A DNA stretch of 63,136 bases, filler included, from Lenisia limosa (GCA_001655205.1; 13 parts of 13 records of this genome joined end to end with filler, not necessarily neighbours in it), one strand, 5' to 3'. Numbered from the whole stretch's first letter, positions 38,601-51,949 are shown. Made by a program: numbers and translations. Notes: a model not told the origin generated them from the letters alone.

Positions 38601-39672
38601 TTTAGTTTGAATATCGCAATTTTTCAGGATTTAACGATTCAGTCTCTTTCGGACCCAAGTGAAGCTCTCGACAATAAATCGATAATCCCAGCAACCTTGA
38701 CAAACGGAGACTTTGTGATGCCTGCGATTCTCCTGGCAATTTCGGTCTTACCCACTCCAGTGGGTCCCACCATCAGAACGTTCTACAGATCGTCATGGGG
38801 CAGCATGGATATGAAGGGACATATTTATATTATGACCTGATATTGTGGATATGAAGGCGCGATATTGTATTATGCCCTGATATTGTGGATATGAAGGCGC
38901 GATATTGTATTATGACCTGATATTGTGGATATGAAGGCGCGATATTGTATTGTGCATGATATTGTGGATTTGCACTTTTGTAGTCACTACACCCCCAAGA
39001 TACCTTCGGTATTATGGACTCTTTGAGAGCTTCGTCGGTGAGCTGCAATCTTCTCCATCTGTTTCCTAAATGGGGGGGATGGCGTGAGTGAATCTTATCA
39101 CTAAAGGTAGTATCTCCCCAATATGGATCATCATCAATGATTAGGGCTTCACTTCGGTACCAAAAAAACGAGGAAATATCGATGAGGATTTATCGAGAAA
39201 ATCAGTCTTTTGAAGCCCTACACATGATTGACCCCCAAGGCCCAGCAAACGGAGAGCTACCGCAACGGCTTTCTTCGCATCAGACTGACCAATAATGTGC
39301 TCATCAAGAAGATTGACGATCTGTGATAGGAGCATGAGCTATATAACTGTAGCAAGACGTGCATCAAAGAAATATCTTCCAGTTATTGATAATGATATAT
39401 TGACAGCTTTGATCCGACCTCATGTAATATTTTATCTTTCCACTGCGCAGTATGAATCACAGAGATAACACTATAACAGAAGATACGATATGATATGATA
39501 TGGTTTTTGGGATTCATATCGATCCAAAGACTCTTGAACCCTCAGAAATTTGGAACTGAAAGTGACGCTCTATTCAAGCGTATACATTTAGCAGTAGAAG
39601 GGATAAACAGGAGGATAAGAACATCCACCACAATACCCCTCACCTGTTGCGGCGTCATGTCATTCTCACTGT
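35677..39672 (-). CDS. hslU: ATP-dependent protease ATPase subunit HslU (ClpY), probably mitochondrial; N-terminal exon(s) uncertain
   Basis: MTPQQ / [29 protein letters not shown] / [18 protein letters not shown] (Walker A) / [13 protein letters not shown] / [10 protein letters not shown] (Walker B) / [42 protein letters not shown] / ENLGARRL / DLMKYVI*, with stop at 35677-35679. Confidence 0.95.
37058..37107. mobile_element. MITE family A1, half copy
   Basis: CTTCACTTTGGTTCGAAAAAGTCCGGTAAATATCGATAG. Confidence 0.6.
38828..38969 (+). repeat. 40-bp minisatellite (~3.5 units) in an HslU intron
   Basis: Unit TATTATGACCTGATATTGTGGATATGAAGGCGCGATATTG. Confidence 0.9.
39142..39220. mobile_element. 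hAT-like MITE family A1, partly deleted
   Basis: TAGGGCTTCACTTCGG...TGAAGCCCTA. Confidence 0.85.
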
Positions 39673-39872
39673 CTACAATGTTGGAAAAAGGCAAAGCGGA
39701 ATGTAACAAGGATATGATACGTTATTAAACAAAGCACTGTTTTTTCACAAAGTGCATATCATATCATATCATTGCGGCTTCCTGAGATCCCAAAAATGAC
39801 TGAATTTCAAGATAAATTCTCCATAAATATCGATGTTCCATACGGTGCGGAGAGAGGCCTAAACATACAACG

Positions 39873-42800
39873 TCAGTCCTCTGCCTCACCTTTCTGCCAC
39901 TTTTTGATAATGGCAGCAGTGTCAATGGGGGTGCTGGGCAAAGAGCTCTCAAGAAAGTCGAAATCCAGCAAGGGGTTTGCTGTTGGCGTTTCCTCTTCAG
40001 TCTCCCACCTGGATAGTGAAGGGGGTGAAAAAAAGCATCTTGCCGAATCCGTCCACTCCAAGACATTCATTAATCATATGCTTGTAACTCTGGGGACACC
40101 GCTTTCTGCGGGCCTCCCATAGCAAGAACAATGGCGTCTCCACACTTTTAATATTTGCATCAACAAAGTCATAAGGACAGAAGCTAAGAAGAATGTTCAC
40201 ATATCACCCATTTATCTTCCATCTCTATTTCTATTCCTTACTCCCCCTCTTACTCCGTGGAGGTCACAATGAACAAGTATTGGCACGGTTTATCGTGGTG
40301 TATCATATTCATATTCATACGAATGTTATAACCAAGCTTGCTCATTTCCCTTCAATAACTCACCATACACATTCCCACCAACCATGTTTCAGTGTCGTCA
40401 AGAAGCCCAACTGCCTCGTCTCCCTGCTCTCCATCATCTCCCCCCGAACCTGGCAGTGTAAGAGGGCCTTGATGTAAGAGGGCATATTGAGGGCATGGTG
40501 GTATTNNNNNNNNNNNNNNNNNNNNNNNNNNNNNNNNNNNNNNNNNNNNNNNNNNNNNNNNNNNNNNNNNNNNNNNNNNNNNNNNNNNNNNNNNNNNNNN
40601 NNNNNNNNNNNNNNNNNNNNNNNNNNNNNNNNNNNNNNNACCCACATCCTGCTGATGAAGAAAAGAACATTTTGAATGATGAAAGGGCTGCAGGTCGGGC
40701 GAATAGTGAGGCTTTCAAAGCCTGCGGTAGTAGTGCCATGGTGGAGGCCTTGTTTGTTTAATTGTTCAATAGACTAATAGAGTTAAAATAGAGCAATAGA
40801 GCAGAAAAGAAAGGGCAGGATGAATTTTTCGTGTAGTATATAAACGCACATGCATGGGGTAGTAGAATCTGTTATTGCGGTTAACAATTTCCCGGTCCGA
40901 CCGGAGTAATAGTTCCTTTTAGAACTGTGAGAACCAAGATGACGGAAAAGACGGAATGTAAAGGTTTTCTTTGTCAGGTTCAAGGGGGGTCACTCTCCAA
41001 AATGTGTTCACAACCGTCCGCCGATAACCGTACACCGACACCATTGAAAACACGAAAACCGTACACTGCCACTGTTTTTTCGACGTCCAGTCCGTTTTTG
41101 TCTCTTTTTTTTTGAAGTATATTTTTTAAAAAAACACTTTTTGGGAAATTTTGTGATTTTTGGGAAATTTTCGACTTTTCGACCGAGTCAGGACTGTTTT
41201 TACTTTTTTCATGTGCGAATTTCTGGGATTTAAGGATATGGACAAAATACGCCAAAAATACGCTGTACAGCGTACAGCGCCACTGAAAATACGTTGTTCA
41301 CCATACCGTACACCGCCGCTTTTATCAATAACCAGATTGCCACCAGAGTGGTGACGAACATATTTTGGGGAGTGAACTGGTCAGGTAATTTTTTGACTGA
41401 CCTCACAGCCTTTGCTCGCATAAGATGAAATTTTCTGGGTACTTCGTGTTTCTTCTGACTTTGGTAAATGGGCCGACGCCTGGGAGGAAATGGGCTGTGG
41501 GATATTATAAACTTGATAAAATGAAGATATTTAGACAGAAGCTTTGAATGCGACATGTGGCTTGTTATGGATATTTATTAATATGATTGTTTTGAGTCGG
41601 ACACTTTCACGAAATGTGATCAGAGGGATGTGATCATTCAAGCGGCTAATTTAGGGGGGGGGGGGGNNNNNNNNNNNNNNNNNNNNNNNNNNNNNNNNNN
41701 NNNNNNNNNNNNNNNNNNNNNNGAAGTGTAGAAGAATGGAAGAACGATTGTTTTGAATTTTCTCAGCTACATTTCTACGTTGTGCTACTATTATTGTCCA
41801 AGACTGCTTTCATTCAAATTACTCTTCCAGGGATTTTGTCGCATGATTCCGTATCCCGCGGTTCGAGCTGGATGCTGGCAATTTCAAGCTTCAATGGGCC
41901 GATGTGTACCGTTTCTGTTACCTAAGCCTCTCAAGAACGTGGGAATGCAGTAGCGCCACCATTTGTGATGGGCTGTGTGGTAATTAAAATGAATAAGTGT
42001 GGACTATGAAGTCCCCATTATGAGGGGACAACAAAAGCAACCAGGATAAACTACTCTTTTTTGGAGCAATAAAGCAATAACAAATTAACAAATTATGTAA
42101 TTATGACAAAAGTGGCTCACATAATGTCTCTAATAAAATACATAAGAACAGTACAATTACACCTCTTCCGGAGTTTCAATGGCGTTTTGAAGGCTTTCGA
42201 TCATTTCGGTCCTGTCCTCTCCACACTGCTCGTAGAGCGCAATAATCTGGGAGGGAAAGGGGTGAAATGAAAAAAATTTCAATGACGAAAATAGCACACG
42301 TAAAAGAGCCAAGACCGAAGTAAAAAAAATAAATAATAATAATAATAAAAAAGCTTAGAACAGATCATCATACTAAGACAACGTACCTCTTCAATTAGCT
42401 CCTTATTCTTAAGGCCATGGCCGAGAGCTTCTTTAGCGNNNNNNNNNNNNNNNNNNNNNNNNNNNNNNNNNNNNNNNNNNNNNNNNNNNNNNNNNNNNNN
42501 NNNNNNNNNNNNNNNNNNNNNNNNNNNNNNNNNNNNNNNNNNNNNNNNNNNNNNNNNNNNNNNNNNNNNNNNNNNNNNNNNNNNNNNNNNNNNNNNNNNN
42601 NNNNNNNNNNNNNNNNNNNNNNNNNNNNNNNNNNNNNNNNNNNNNNNNCCACGTAATCAGCTTCAATAGGCTTCTTTTCGGTGAGACTTGTCAGAGCTAA
42701 GTAGGCCCATACTGAAAGGAATTAGACGGCCTGAAGCGTGTTGAAACAAAGAAAGGAGTATCTTGCTGAATGGGTCCACACAATAACGTTTTAAGAGATA

Positions 42801-43300
42801 TTGGTTCTTGTTATATTTCTTCAGATCTAGGGCTTCTTTACGGTCCCAAAAAGCCGGAATTTCTCGAAAAATTCTCGATAAAAATGATCGTTTTGGGACC
42901 GTGGTGAAGCCCCTACTCATATCAGCGCAAACCATTCGNNNNNNNNNNNNNNNNNNNNNNNNNNNNNNNNNNNNNNNNNNNNNNNNNNNNNNNNNNNNNN
43001 NNNNNNNNNNNNNNNNNNNNNNNNNNNNNNNNNNNNNNNNNNNNNNNNNNNNNNNNNNNNNNNNNNNNNNNNNNNNNNNNNNNNNNNNNNNNNNNNNNNN
43101 NNNNNNNNNNNNNNNNNAAAAAAATAAAAATAATAATAATAATAAAAAAGCAACAACAAACAAATACACACGAATAACAAACGTCAAAACAAAAACCCGA
43201 TGACAAAAACACAAAAACAATCAGCTTTTGAAGTTCCACCACCGCGTGATCACCAAATGTAGAGGCAGATTATCAAGCTGAAGCAATCCACACATCATGC
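39873..43300 (-). CDS. One or two unidentified multi-exon genes
   Basis: AG..GT-bounded open segments: AKEALGHGLKNKELIEE, IIALYEQCGEDRTEMIESLQNAIETPEE, HHKWWRYCIPTFLRGL, RRPIYQSQKKHEVPRKF, FCPYDFVDANIKSVETPLFLLWE, and a final ..IIKKWQKGEAED*. Family not recognised; phases not fully resolved. Confidence 0.45.
42828..42915. mobile_element. hAT-like MITE family A2-like
   Basis: Both TIRs; flanks ttcagatc/ctcatatc. Confidence 0.8.
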
Positions 43301-43314
43301 TTATCAAGAATACC

Positions 43315-43410
43315 TTGGGCTTCATTTCGGTTCGAAAAATACTGGTAAAGTATCGATAACTTTCGAGTTATATTGAGAAAGTCAGTCTTTTTTCCATCCG
43401 AAGTGAGCCA
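43315..43410. mobile_element. hAT-like MITE family A1, degenerate
   Basis: TTGGGCTTCATTTCGGTTCG...CCGAAGTGAGCCAA. Confidence 0.8.
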
Positions 43411-43467
43411 AAATATAGCCCCTCCCACCACGCCACGCCCGCGCCAAGCCACGTGAACGACGAAGGC

Positions 43468-43567
43468 NNNNNNNNNNNNNNNNNNNNNNNNNNNNNNNNN
43501 NNNNNNNNNNNTTAATTAATTAANNNNNNNNNNNNNNNNNNNNNNNNNNNNNNNNNNNNNNNNNNNN
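43468..43567. other. Artificial contig spacer 7
   Basis: 44 N + TTAATTAATTAA + 44 N. Confidence 0.97.
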
Positions 43568-43840
43568 ATATATATATATCAAATATCGATGTATAATAAT
43601 ACTATATCATATACTATGTATACTATACACAGACCGTGGGCAGTGTTGGCCGATATTACATCAAAGGAAATGATATTTTGTCAGGACTATCGTCTGCATA
43701 ATACATATACTACTTGTATGTGTGATTTTATGGTATTTTCCCATTGCTTTACCACCTTAGCTTTTAGTACGGCTTCCTGTTTCAACATCAGTTCTGACTA
43801 TTAATCGGGCGCAGCGGGCCCATAGAAAACCCTGTTTAGG

Positions 43841-45692
43841 CATCAGCTAACATTCTAGACGCTCCATCACCAGCGGCGTTGCATGCTCTGAAGGGCTGTG
43901 TATCAGGACGCAGAGGAGACCCCGCGAGGGTCCAGGCAAGGGCCAGGTGGGGGGATGTCCATTGACTTATGGGTATTTATAAAATTGTTTCACTCTAAAC
44001 ATGTTTTTACCTCGTAGTTTCATTGCTGCAATTGTGACCGTTGCAACCACCCTGGTGGCTGCTGGCGGTAAGGAGAGCCCTGTTGCCCACGCGTTGTCTA
44101 CTGTCTACTCCGACTATCTCAACAACAAGAAGGAAAGTGAGGGGCTAAGTGAACTGCCATCGTGTTATTCGGTTCCTCTCTATCCTTGATCGGTTTGTCA
44201 GTTAATTAGCGATTAGCCCCGTAAAAGTCGTCAACAAGCGGGTGTTGCACTCGTTAAGGCTCACCCCCCCCCCCATATACTAGTCTCATCTGACACTCCA
44301 GCGGTCATGGTTCTGCCTGTCGAGCTAGGTCTTATCCATACCCTCCTCCGCAAGAAGCCGAAGCCGTTCACTGACGAAACTGTCTTGCTCCCCGCCATGG
44401 AGGAGAAGAGGGGCTTTTTGGGTCTGTTGGGTTTAAGAAATCTCGACATATTATTCCCGTGTTTGATATCAATGGTAGCAATTTTATACTAAGTGGCTTA
44501 TTTTATACGAGTCTTCTGTAGTGGATGCAGTCTTTGTTGGAGGGAATTCTTCCCAGTAAATATGAACTGTTTTTGGACCAGTTGCAATAATTCAATCTGC
44601 TTGATGCACAGATGCCTTCACGTTTCACCCTTCAGAAATCTCCAACGCTCTCTTTGTGTCTCCAATTGAACTCGGGTGGAAGCATCTCGATACGCTGCCC
44701 CCTGCTCTTGTCTCCGCCTACACCAATGCCATGCCTAGGGTTGGTGACGGTTTCGGCAATTCTCCTTTTCTCTCATTCATTTTTTCCGCACAATCTTTTT
44801 TTGATGAACAGAGGGAAAACAGTCACTGAGATGTCTGAGCTATCTTTTACTCAAGCACTTTGGTTGCCAAACAATCAGATGAACACCTCTCTCTACGGAG
44901 GATTGATTTCTTATGAAATCTTATTATCTCCAGAAACTCAAGGACCTCTTCAACCATGTCACTAAGAGGAAGAACCTCAATTCTTTGTGTAAGCGGGGTT
45001 TGTACTGCTTCTCTTCAACATTTAAATATCAGGTACTATTTCATTCTTTAATTGGTTTGAAGATATTATATCATATTATGATAGAGTTCAAGATCAGCAC
45101 TTATTCCAATGTTCTATGTATTTCGTTTTGCAACGGTTTGATCATCATAGCCATACGTGGTATACATTTTTGTGGGACAACTCAGTTACTTCCTATTTTT
45201 TTTTTCTCATCTCTACAAAATACACCATGGTTAAAGGCCGACATAATATGCGTGGTTAAAGGCCGACAAGACCTTCGTTTCACACCACCCAGCTGGCCCC
45301 GCCCTTCGAGTTGCTGGATATGAGCTGGTGTCTCTTCTTGGTATGGGGGGGGGGGNNNNNNNNNNNNNNNNNNNNNNNNNNNNNNNNNNNNNNNNNNNNN
45401 NNNNNNNNNNNNNNNNNNNNNNNNNNNNNNNNNNNNNNNNNNNNNNNNNNNNNNNNNNNNNNNNNNNNNNNNNNNNNNNTGTTCACGGCTGCTGACGTCA
45501 AGGTCATTCTCGACTTACTCGAACGCGTCGTTCGTAACGAAAAAACCAATCTCTGTGGGTCTCTTCTTAAATGGATTGCTTGCTTTCACTGTTTTATTCA
45601 TGGTCTCTTTCCTTCCATTCCGTTGTACTCATTTCCCTTAGCCACAACTCACATTTTGGCGGACCTTCTCAACCGTCCTGAAGTCCTCACAT
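43841..45692 (+). CDS. Unidentified helical (HEAT/ARM-like) protein, partial
   Basis: Exons ASANILDAPSPAALHALKGCV / SFIAAIVTVATTLVAAG / VLPVELGLIHTLLRK / FHPSEISNALFVSPIELGW / KLKDLFNHVTK / FTAADVKVILDLLERVV / THILADLLNRPEVLTW, each with GT-AG bounds. Confidence 0.6.
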
Positions 45693-45958
45693 GGTAGGCT
45701 GCTCTATGGGCGAATAATATCTAATACTTCTGAATAAATGGGATTTTAGAGAGAAAGTACTATGCAAAAATTAATATTGTACTCAATAATGATGGTATGG
45801 ACATCTTCCACAAGGTACTACCTATTTCAACATACCTTGCTGGATATAACACGGTTTTATGATACCGTATGATGGCATGGAATCTTTTTGTGATTCAGCC
45901 CCCCCCCCCCATCATGCCCTTCTCACCCATGCAGTATTGCGACTAGCGCTGAGAAGCC

Positions 45959-46058
45959 NNNNNNNNNNNNNNNNNNNNNNNNNNNNNNNNNNNNNNNNNN
46001 NNTTAATTAATTAANNNNNNNNNNNNNNNNNNNNNNNNNNNNNNNNNNNNNNNNNNNN
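45959..46058. other. Artificial contig spacer 8
   Basis: 44 N + TTAATTAATTAA + 44 N. Confidence 0.97.
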
Positions 46059-46132
46059 GTCTGAATGTGTGGAGGGAGGGGAGTCATATTGAATTGATGG
46101 TGAAGGTAGTTGGGTTCACGTTCTCCACTCAC

Positions 46133-49114
46133 CTGTTGGATTCCGGTAGACTTATCACAGCCTCGGCACATGACGGTGCGTTTCTTTAGATTGGCCTCGG
46201 CTATCATACCGCAAGTACCGCAGATGTGCACCCTGGAGTGTCAGGATTGATTTAAAAAATATGCTGAAAAAAAAAAAAAGGGGGNNNNNNNNNNNNNNNN
46301 NNNNNNNNNNNNNNNNNNNNNNNNNNNNNNNNNNNNNNNNNNNNNNNNNNNNNNNNNNNNNNNNNNNNNNNNNNNNNNNNNNAAAAGGTCAGCCCCCCTC
46401 GCACCTGTATTTGTCACTCTGTTCGCACAAGCGCTCTCTGAGGAACTGGGACGCACCGTGCGAAATAATGCAATCTCTCTCCATTTCACCGAAACGCAGA
46501 CCTTAAAAGGGTAAGTGCAAGTTGCATCTGATATAACGTGGATTATTTTGAGTTGTCTGTATTTAATGTAGAAATGCGAAATAAAACTAGCACCAGGCCG
46601 CCGTCCGTGCCCATCACGCTCATATATTTTATTGAATGTTTATTAGTTTAAAACATCTGATATGTACATATGTATATGTATTGTGTATGCTCTGAAAATA
46701 GTCCCGCCAACCTCCGTCCCGCGACCTTCCCTCCATGGGTTGCCTTGCCAATGACTGGAGCGGTCCTGAATAGTCACGAAAAACAAAACAAAAAAAAACA
46801 GTTAAAGTTATATTGCCAGGTATCGGAGGATCTAAACGGACGCTTTAATCCTAAAATGTACCCCCATCACTTGCTCTGAATCAAGACAGAATCACCCNNN
46901 NNNNNNNNNNNNNNNNNNNNNNNNNNNNNNNNNNNNNNNNNNNNNNNNNNNNNNNNNNNNNNNNNNNNNNNNNNNNNNNNTCCACCATATGCTTGAGTCT
47001 TTGGTAGTATGTGGGGCCCATGAACACCATGGCGTCAAGCTTCTTACCCGTATGGCCTGACAAAGAGTTAGATGTATGGGGAGTAATATTAGAAAATTTA
47101 TGAAACAAAAAAAACCCCAAAATCAACTGCACAAGAGAAATTGATGTAAAGGGAGGGAAGGGGCATGAAATTTTAAACAAAAGAGCCCAAATAAACTCTG
47201 TTCGCTACCCTACCATTATAAAGCACCTCGTTTCCTCTCAGCTGGAACCCAGACTCATGGAGGGCCTTGGAGATTTCCTCGACAGTAACGGGACTGAAGG
47301 GGGTGGCGTCACCCTCGGAACCGCGCAGGGAGGCAACCTGGGGGGGGGGGGGGAAAANNNNNNNNNNNNNNNNNNNNNNNNNNNNNNNNNNNNNNNNNNN
47401 NNNNNNNNNNNNNNNNNNNNNNNNNNNNNNNNNNNNNNNNNNNNNNNNNNNNNNNNNNNNNNNNNNNNNNNNNCAGGTAAAAGGAAGAAAAGTGGGTGGC
47501 TGGGGTGGAGTAAAGTCAAGCTCAACCCTCCATTCCCACAAGACCACAACACCAACAAACCAACAGTAACAAACCTGTAAACAAAAACAACAACAACAAC
47601 CCTCGCACCTTGCCCAGGAGACATTCGATGAGCTGCCCGACAGTCATTCGCGACGGGACGGCGTGAGGGTTCATGATAATGTCCGGCGAAATGCCCTGGC
47701 GAGAGAAGGGCATGTCTTCTTGTCTATGGGGTGAGAAAGATGGGATTTTTTTTGTTTTGTTTTTTAACCCACATATTACACCTGTTTAACATTATGACAC
47801 CCACCTCTCTATTTATCATGTTACTTTTTGGGTCATTTTCACTCGTGTGAATTATCATTTCGACTTGAAAGTCGGTCATTTGATCATATCACAAGTGGAC
47901 ATGGGGGCCGAAGCCGTCCACACCATCACACTACCACCGTATACATGCTATTACATGTACATAATTACTTGAACTCTCTCACCCCTGCTACTCTCCCCTG
48001 ACTCCTCTCCTTCCGGAGGAGGCCATATCATATATACCCCCACCCCCCCATGTAAATAATATACATCTACACATAAATTATGTATAATATGTATACCGCA
48101 CTATAAATGATATAGCTATACCTCCCCCCACGCACCTATATGTAATACCGCAGGTTCCCTTCTGCCCGTGACGGGATGAGAACTTGTCACCAATCTGAGG
48201 AATTCGTACGGACCTACACAGAGGTAAACACGGCGTCACGAAGGCTCCAAACACTACGGCAAGATAGAGTCCCCAAAAAATGCTAGGCAAATAATCATAT
48301 TTCAATGTACATATATGAGTAATTTTCTTAAGTCATGACGTCAGCAGGGTTGTGAGTCTGAATCAGGAAAAACACATGGATAATACATGGTTTCATGATA
48401 ATTTCCCCAAATTTGCCCAAGTAATATACTGCAAGAGAGATAGTACAGAATAAAACATTAACAAAATTACCTGATTGATCACATTTCGATATAATTATGA
48501 AAGCCACCCCCCCCCCCCAAGTTACCTTGTTCGGATCTTNNNNNNNNNNNNNNNNNNNNNNNNNNNNNNNNNNNNNNNNNNNNNNNNNNNNNNNNNNNNN
48601 NNNNNNNNNNNNNNNNNNNNNNNNNNNNNNNNNNNNNNNNNNNNNGAAAAGGATGATTTTGAGCGAGACAAATATAGATTTGATAAAAGACCCAATTCCG
48701 ACGGAAACAGTGAAGCCTACGACATACCTGGTCGACAATAGACATTTCGTTACGGTGGAGGGTGGAGTTGTCTTTTCGCGTTCTTTCACTTGTGAGGTCG
48801 AGGTTCGAGTCTGTATGATGAGGTTTTTTGTTTTTGTAGAAAGGTACACGTCGGAATGTGTCGCGGATAAATACTTCCAATTGCAGTGAATCAGTTCAGT
48901 TCCAAACAAAGACTGAAATATCGATAAATGCTTCATATTCATCGAAAATTTACTTATTTGGAACCGTTAAAAACACACAATCAAACACCATTCTTCACAC
49001 CCAATAAGTAACCCAAAAAAATCCCGTACCGGTCGGAATTGGAGTGGTCTTTCCGATGAGTACATCGTCACCGCACATGGGGATACCCGGGGGCACCAGT
49101 CCGTCCTCCTCAAG
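46133..49114 (-). CDS. RPB2: RNA polymerase II second-largest subunit, C-terminal half, partial
   Basis: [19 protein letters not shown] / [26 protein letters not shown] / [35 protein letters not shown] / [19 protein letters not shown] / [25 protein letters not shown] / [14 protein letters not shown]. Confidence 0.95.
47805..47902 (-). repeat. Family C copy, internally deleted
   Basis: Reverse complement joins the two ends of the 10128 copy at an AAATGA microhomology. Confidence 0.7.
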
Positions 49115-49147
49115 CTGGACAATGATGGAAGAATGATAAAAGAAAAG

Positions 49148-49247
49148 NNNNNNNNNNNNNNNNNNNNNNNNNNNNNNNNNNNNNNNNNNNNTTAATTAAT
49201 TAANNNNNNNNNNNNNNNNNNNNNNNNNNNNNNNNNNNNNNNNNNNN
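49148..49247. other. Artificial contig spacer 9
   Basis: 44 N + TTAATTAATTAA + 44 N. Confidence 0.97.
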
Positions 49248-49296
49248 TCCGCATTTTGTCCACTGATCCGCATTTTGTCCAGTGATCCGCATTTTG
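49248..49296 (+). repeat. 19-bp tandem repeat, about 2.6 units
   Basis: TCCGCATTTTGTCCACTGA. Confidence 0.85.
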
Positions 49297-49336
49297 ACTA
49301 TATATATTATATGACTCTTGTCACCCCCCTCCCCAC

Positions 49337-51949
49337 ATCAGCAATGACGTTGTAGACTGGCCAGCTTTCATTAACCATGAGGTCCACGTCAGTTTGAATG
49401 GTATCGAAGTCTGCAGACAAGATTGCCTGGAGGGTTAGAAAATAAACTGACAGCTCTCCAAATACTGTCTTCTTTTTTCGATCTGGCATTATTAGGACTT
49501 CACTTTGGTTGGAAAAAAACAGGTAAAGTATCGATAATTTTCGAAGATTTATCGAGAAAATCAGTCTTTTTTCGAACCGAAATGGCCCTAGGCATGATTA
49601 AAGTCGACATCATATGACTTTGTGGGTTCACACGGGTGAACTATCATTTTCCACACAGTGATATGATACTCGCATGAAAATTGACCGAGAGTATACTGGT
49701 TTAGGTAATTTTTTCAACGGTGTATGAAGGTCATATGATTATGTGGGTATGGGACAACATTAATGCTAAATTGTGAAACCAAGGGGGGGGGGGGCTCCCT
49801 TTTAAAAAAAAAAAGCATCAATAATTTNNNNNNNNNNNNNNNNNNNNNNNNNNNNNNNNNNNNNNNNNNNNNNNNNNNNNNNNNNNNNNNNNNNNNGACG
49901 ACAAATCACCCAGGAAATATTCAAACTGGTTTTCTTGTCCCCGTAGAGATGATGTTTTTCAACCCATCCGTTGCTTTTTATCTCCGGAAAGAATCCACAT
50001 TCCTACGTTCCAAAGTTGGTCCATGCGCGACTCAGTCACCATCTAAAGCGTAAAAATCAAAAACAGCAAAATTGTAAGTGTAAAGACCAACAACAACACC
50101 ATCTAAGCCTAAAGAAAAAAACAGCAAAAAGAAAATATTGTTTTATCTATAATTGTAAAAATAATTGTGATATACCGGCCAGGTAGAGCCCTGGCATACC
50201 CCAGACAAATCATCAATAACCTCAACCGATGGATTTTGATATGACGTGGCAATAGGCTCCAGAAGATTCACTGCTCTACGCATATCTCCCTTTGACACGG
50301 TCACAATTCGATCTATGATCTAAAACAGTCAAAGATATGTTCCAATTTGGGGATGAAAACGGTACAGGTCACAAAAAGTATGCATTATGAAGAAAAATAA
50401 AAATAACGAATACAAGCAAACCTGGGGCTCCAAGGACTTGCCTTCCAGTTGACAGATGGTAGTGAGACGGTTTGCCATGTCCAATGCGGGAAGGGGGCGG
50501 AACCGGAACTTGGCACAGCGAGAAGCAAGGGGGTCAATAATCCTGTGTCGCTTTAGCAGCTGTCTCGTACAACCTTATAGATATGTTGTAGCAGTGCTAT
50601 TAAACCGAGCCATAGCACTAAAATATACATAATATTATACCATTAGTAGTATAATATAAGGTTTCACTCCAATCCGATACATTTCGATATTTTACAGAAC
50701 TTTTTTGTACCGAAGTGAAGATCTTGTAGTATTATATCGATCGATATATGTATAATTTGATATATTGAATAAAAGATTATTTATAAGATACATACATATA
50801 ATACATGTAGTATATATATATTCCCGTATACTATTCTAAGTAGTTATGCAATATCAATGGAAAATCAGAGCACCTTCAGTATACATTCCAACGTTTTCAA
50901 AAGACAAAATTAAAACTCCCATAGACCTCCCCCCCCCATCCAACACCCTGTCTACAAACCTCGAGATATAATTGCAAATGATGCAGAACCGCGTCACAGA
51001 GGAGTAGTTTTCAATAATGCGTCTGAGCGCAGCCTGAGCGTCGCGCGTCATCATATCGGCTTCGTCAAGTATGATGAGTTTATACGGCGGGCACGGGTGG
51101 CCTCTGGTTTGTGTTAAAAAAACGATAGGTTTCGATACATAAGGTCTGTTCACAAGAGGATTTGTCAATAAATACAGTCTTTTTCGGAATGAAGTGAAGT
51201 CCAATGTAATACCGCTACAACACGCCCGCAAACTTGACAGCCTTCTTACAGGCCAGTTGGGCGAACTGCTTCACCCTGGTTCTCACCACTGCGATACCTC
51301 TCTCGTCGGATGCGTTGAGTTCAAGTACACGCTCGGGCAGCAGCTCAGGCCTAAAGGGCTAAGCATCGAATGTGCTTGTGGTTGGTTTGACAAGCTATGT
51401 TTTGCTTCTCTCCATTTGGACAATACAATATTGCAGATGATATCTGACACATTTCCTTTTGAAGAAAGCCCACTATGATGATCATTATCTTATTTAATTA
51501 TTACAGAAGGATGAAATAAATGTGCAAACACGGAAAATTCTGCTCAAGTCCAAATAGTATCGCATCATATTTGAACAAACAAGAAGATGCCAATATCAGA
51601 ATCCCCTACCCATAAAGTTGTCTCGCAATAGCAAGAATAGCCGAAGTTTTTCCGGTTCCGGGAGGTCCGTAGAACAAGAGATGGGGAAGGTTGTCACTCT
51701 CAAGAGCACTACAAGCACGAATGAGGGGAATACGCGAGGACAAACCTTTTGAGGGCAGCAACCACTTCCTTCTGATGGGCAATTTCGTCAACATTCTTAG
51801 GACGACTGGAGGGTGAGAGGGTCGTCGTTAGTGTTGAGATCTTACTGTTTCTCGACCCAGAGTTTCTCATCGCGCTTTCTTTCAATCACCACAGCCTGAT
51901 CTCCTAAAGTAACCTGCTCTTCATGGTCGGAATAGTCCTCAGCGTCCAT
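49337..51949 (-). CDS. RFC4: Replication factor C small subunit (RFC4 / yeast Rfc2-like), 3' end missing
   Basis: ATG 51949; [17 protein letters not shown] / [16 protein letters not shown] / [13 protein letters not shown] / [38 protein letters not shown] / [17 protein letters not shown] / [10 protein letters not shown]. Confidence 0.9.
49493..49590. mobile_element. hAT-like MITE family A1 with clear 8-bp TSD
   Basis: Flanks ggcattat / ggcatgat. Confidence 0.9.
49610..49755 (-). repeat. Family C copy
   Basis: Reverse complement GTCAATTTTCATGCGAGTATCATATCACTGTGTGGAAAATGATAGTTCACCCGTGTGAA matches 10226-10310. Confidence 0.65.
50657..50721. mobile_element. MITE family A remnant
   Basis: TAAGGTTTCACTCC...GTACCGAAGTGAAG. 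Confidence 0.5.

Noticed and set aside
38995-39010. GTATCTTG donor as a U12-type intron
   Set aside because: It is an imperfect match to GTATCCTT and no TCCTTAAC branch site is visible.
35677-39672. Bacterial contamination as the source of HslU or the acyl-CoA synthetase
   Set aside because: Both are split by many GT-AG introns that carry the same host repeat families.
44879-44935. Two in-frame TGAs ahead of KSYYLQKLKD, suggesting an alternative genetic code
   Set aside because: An acceptor at ttatctccag|AAACTC restores the frame without read-through.
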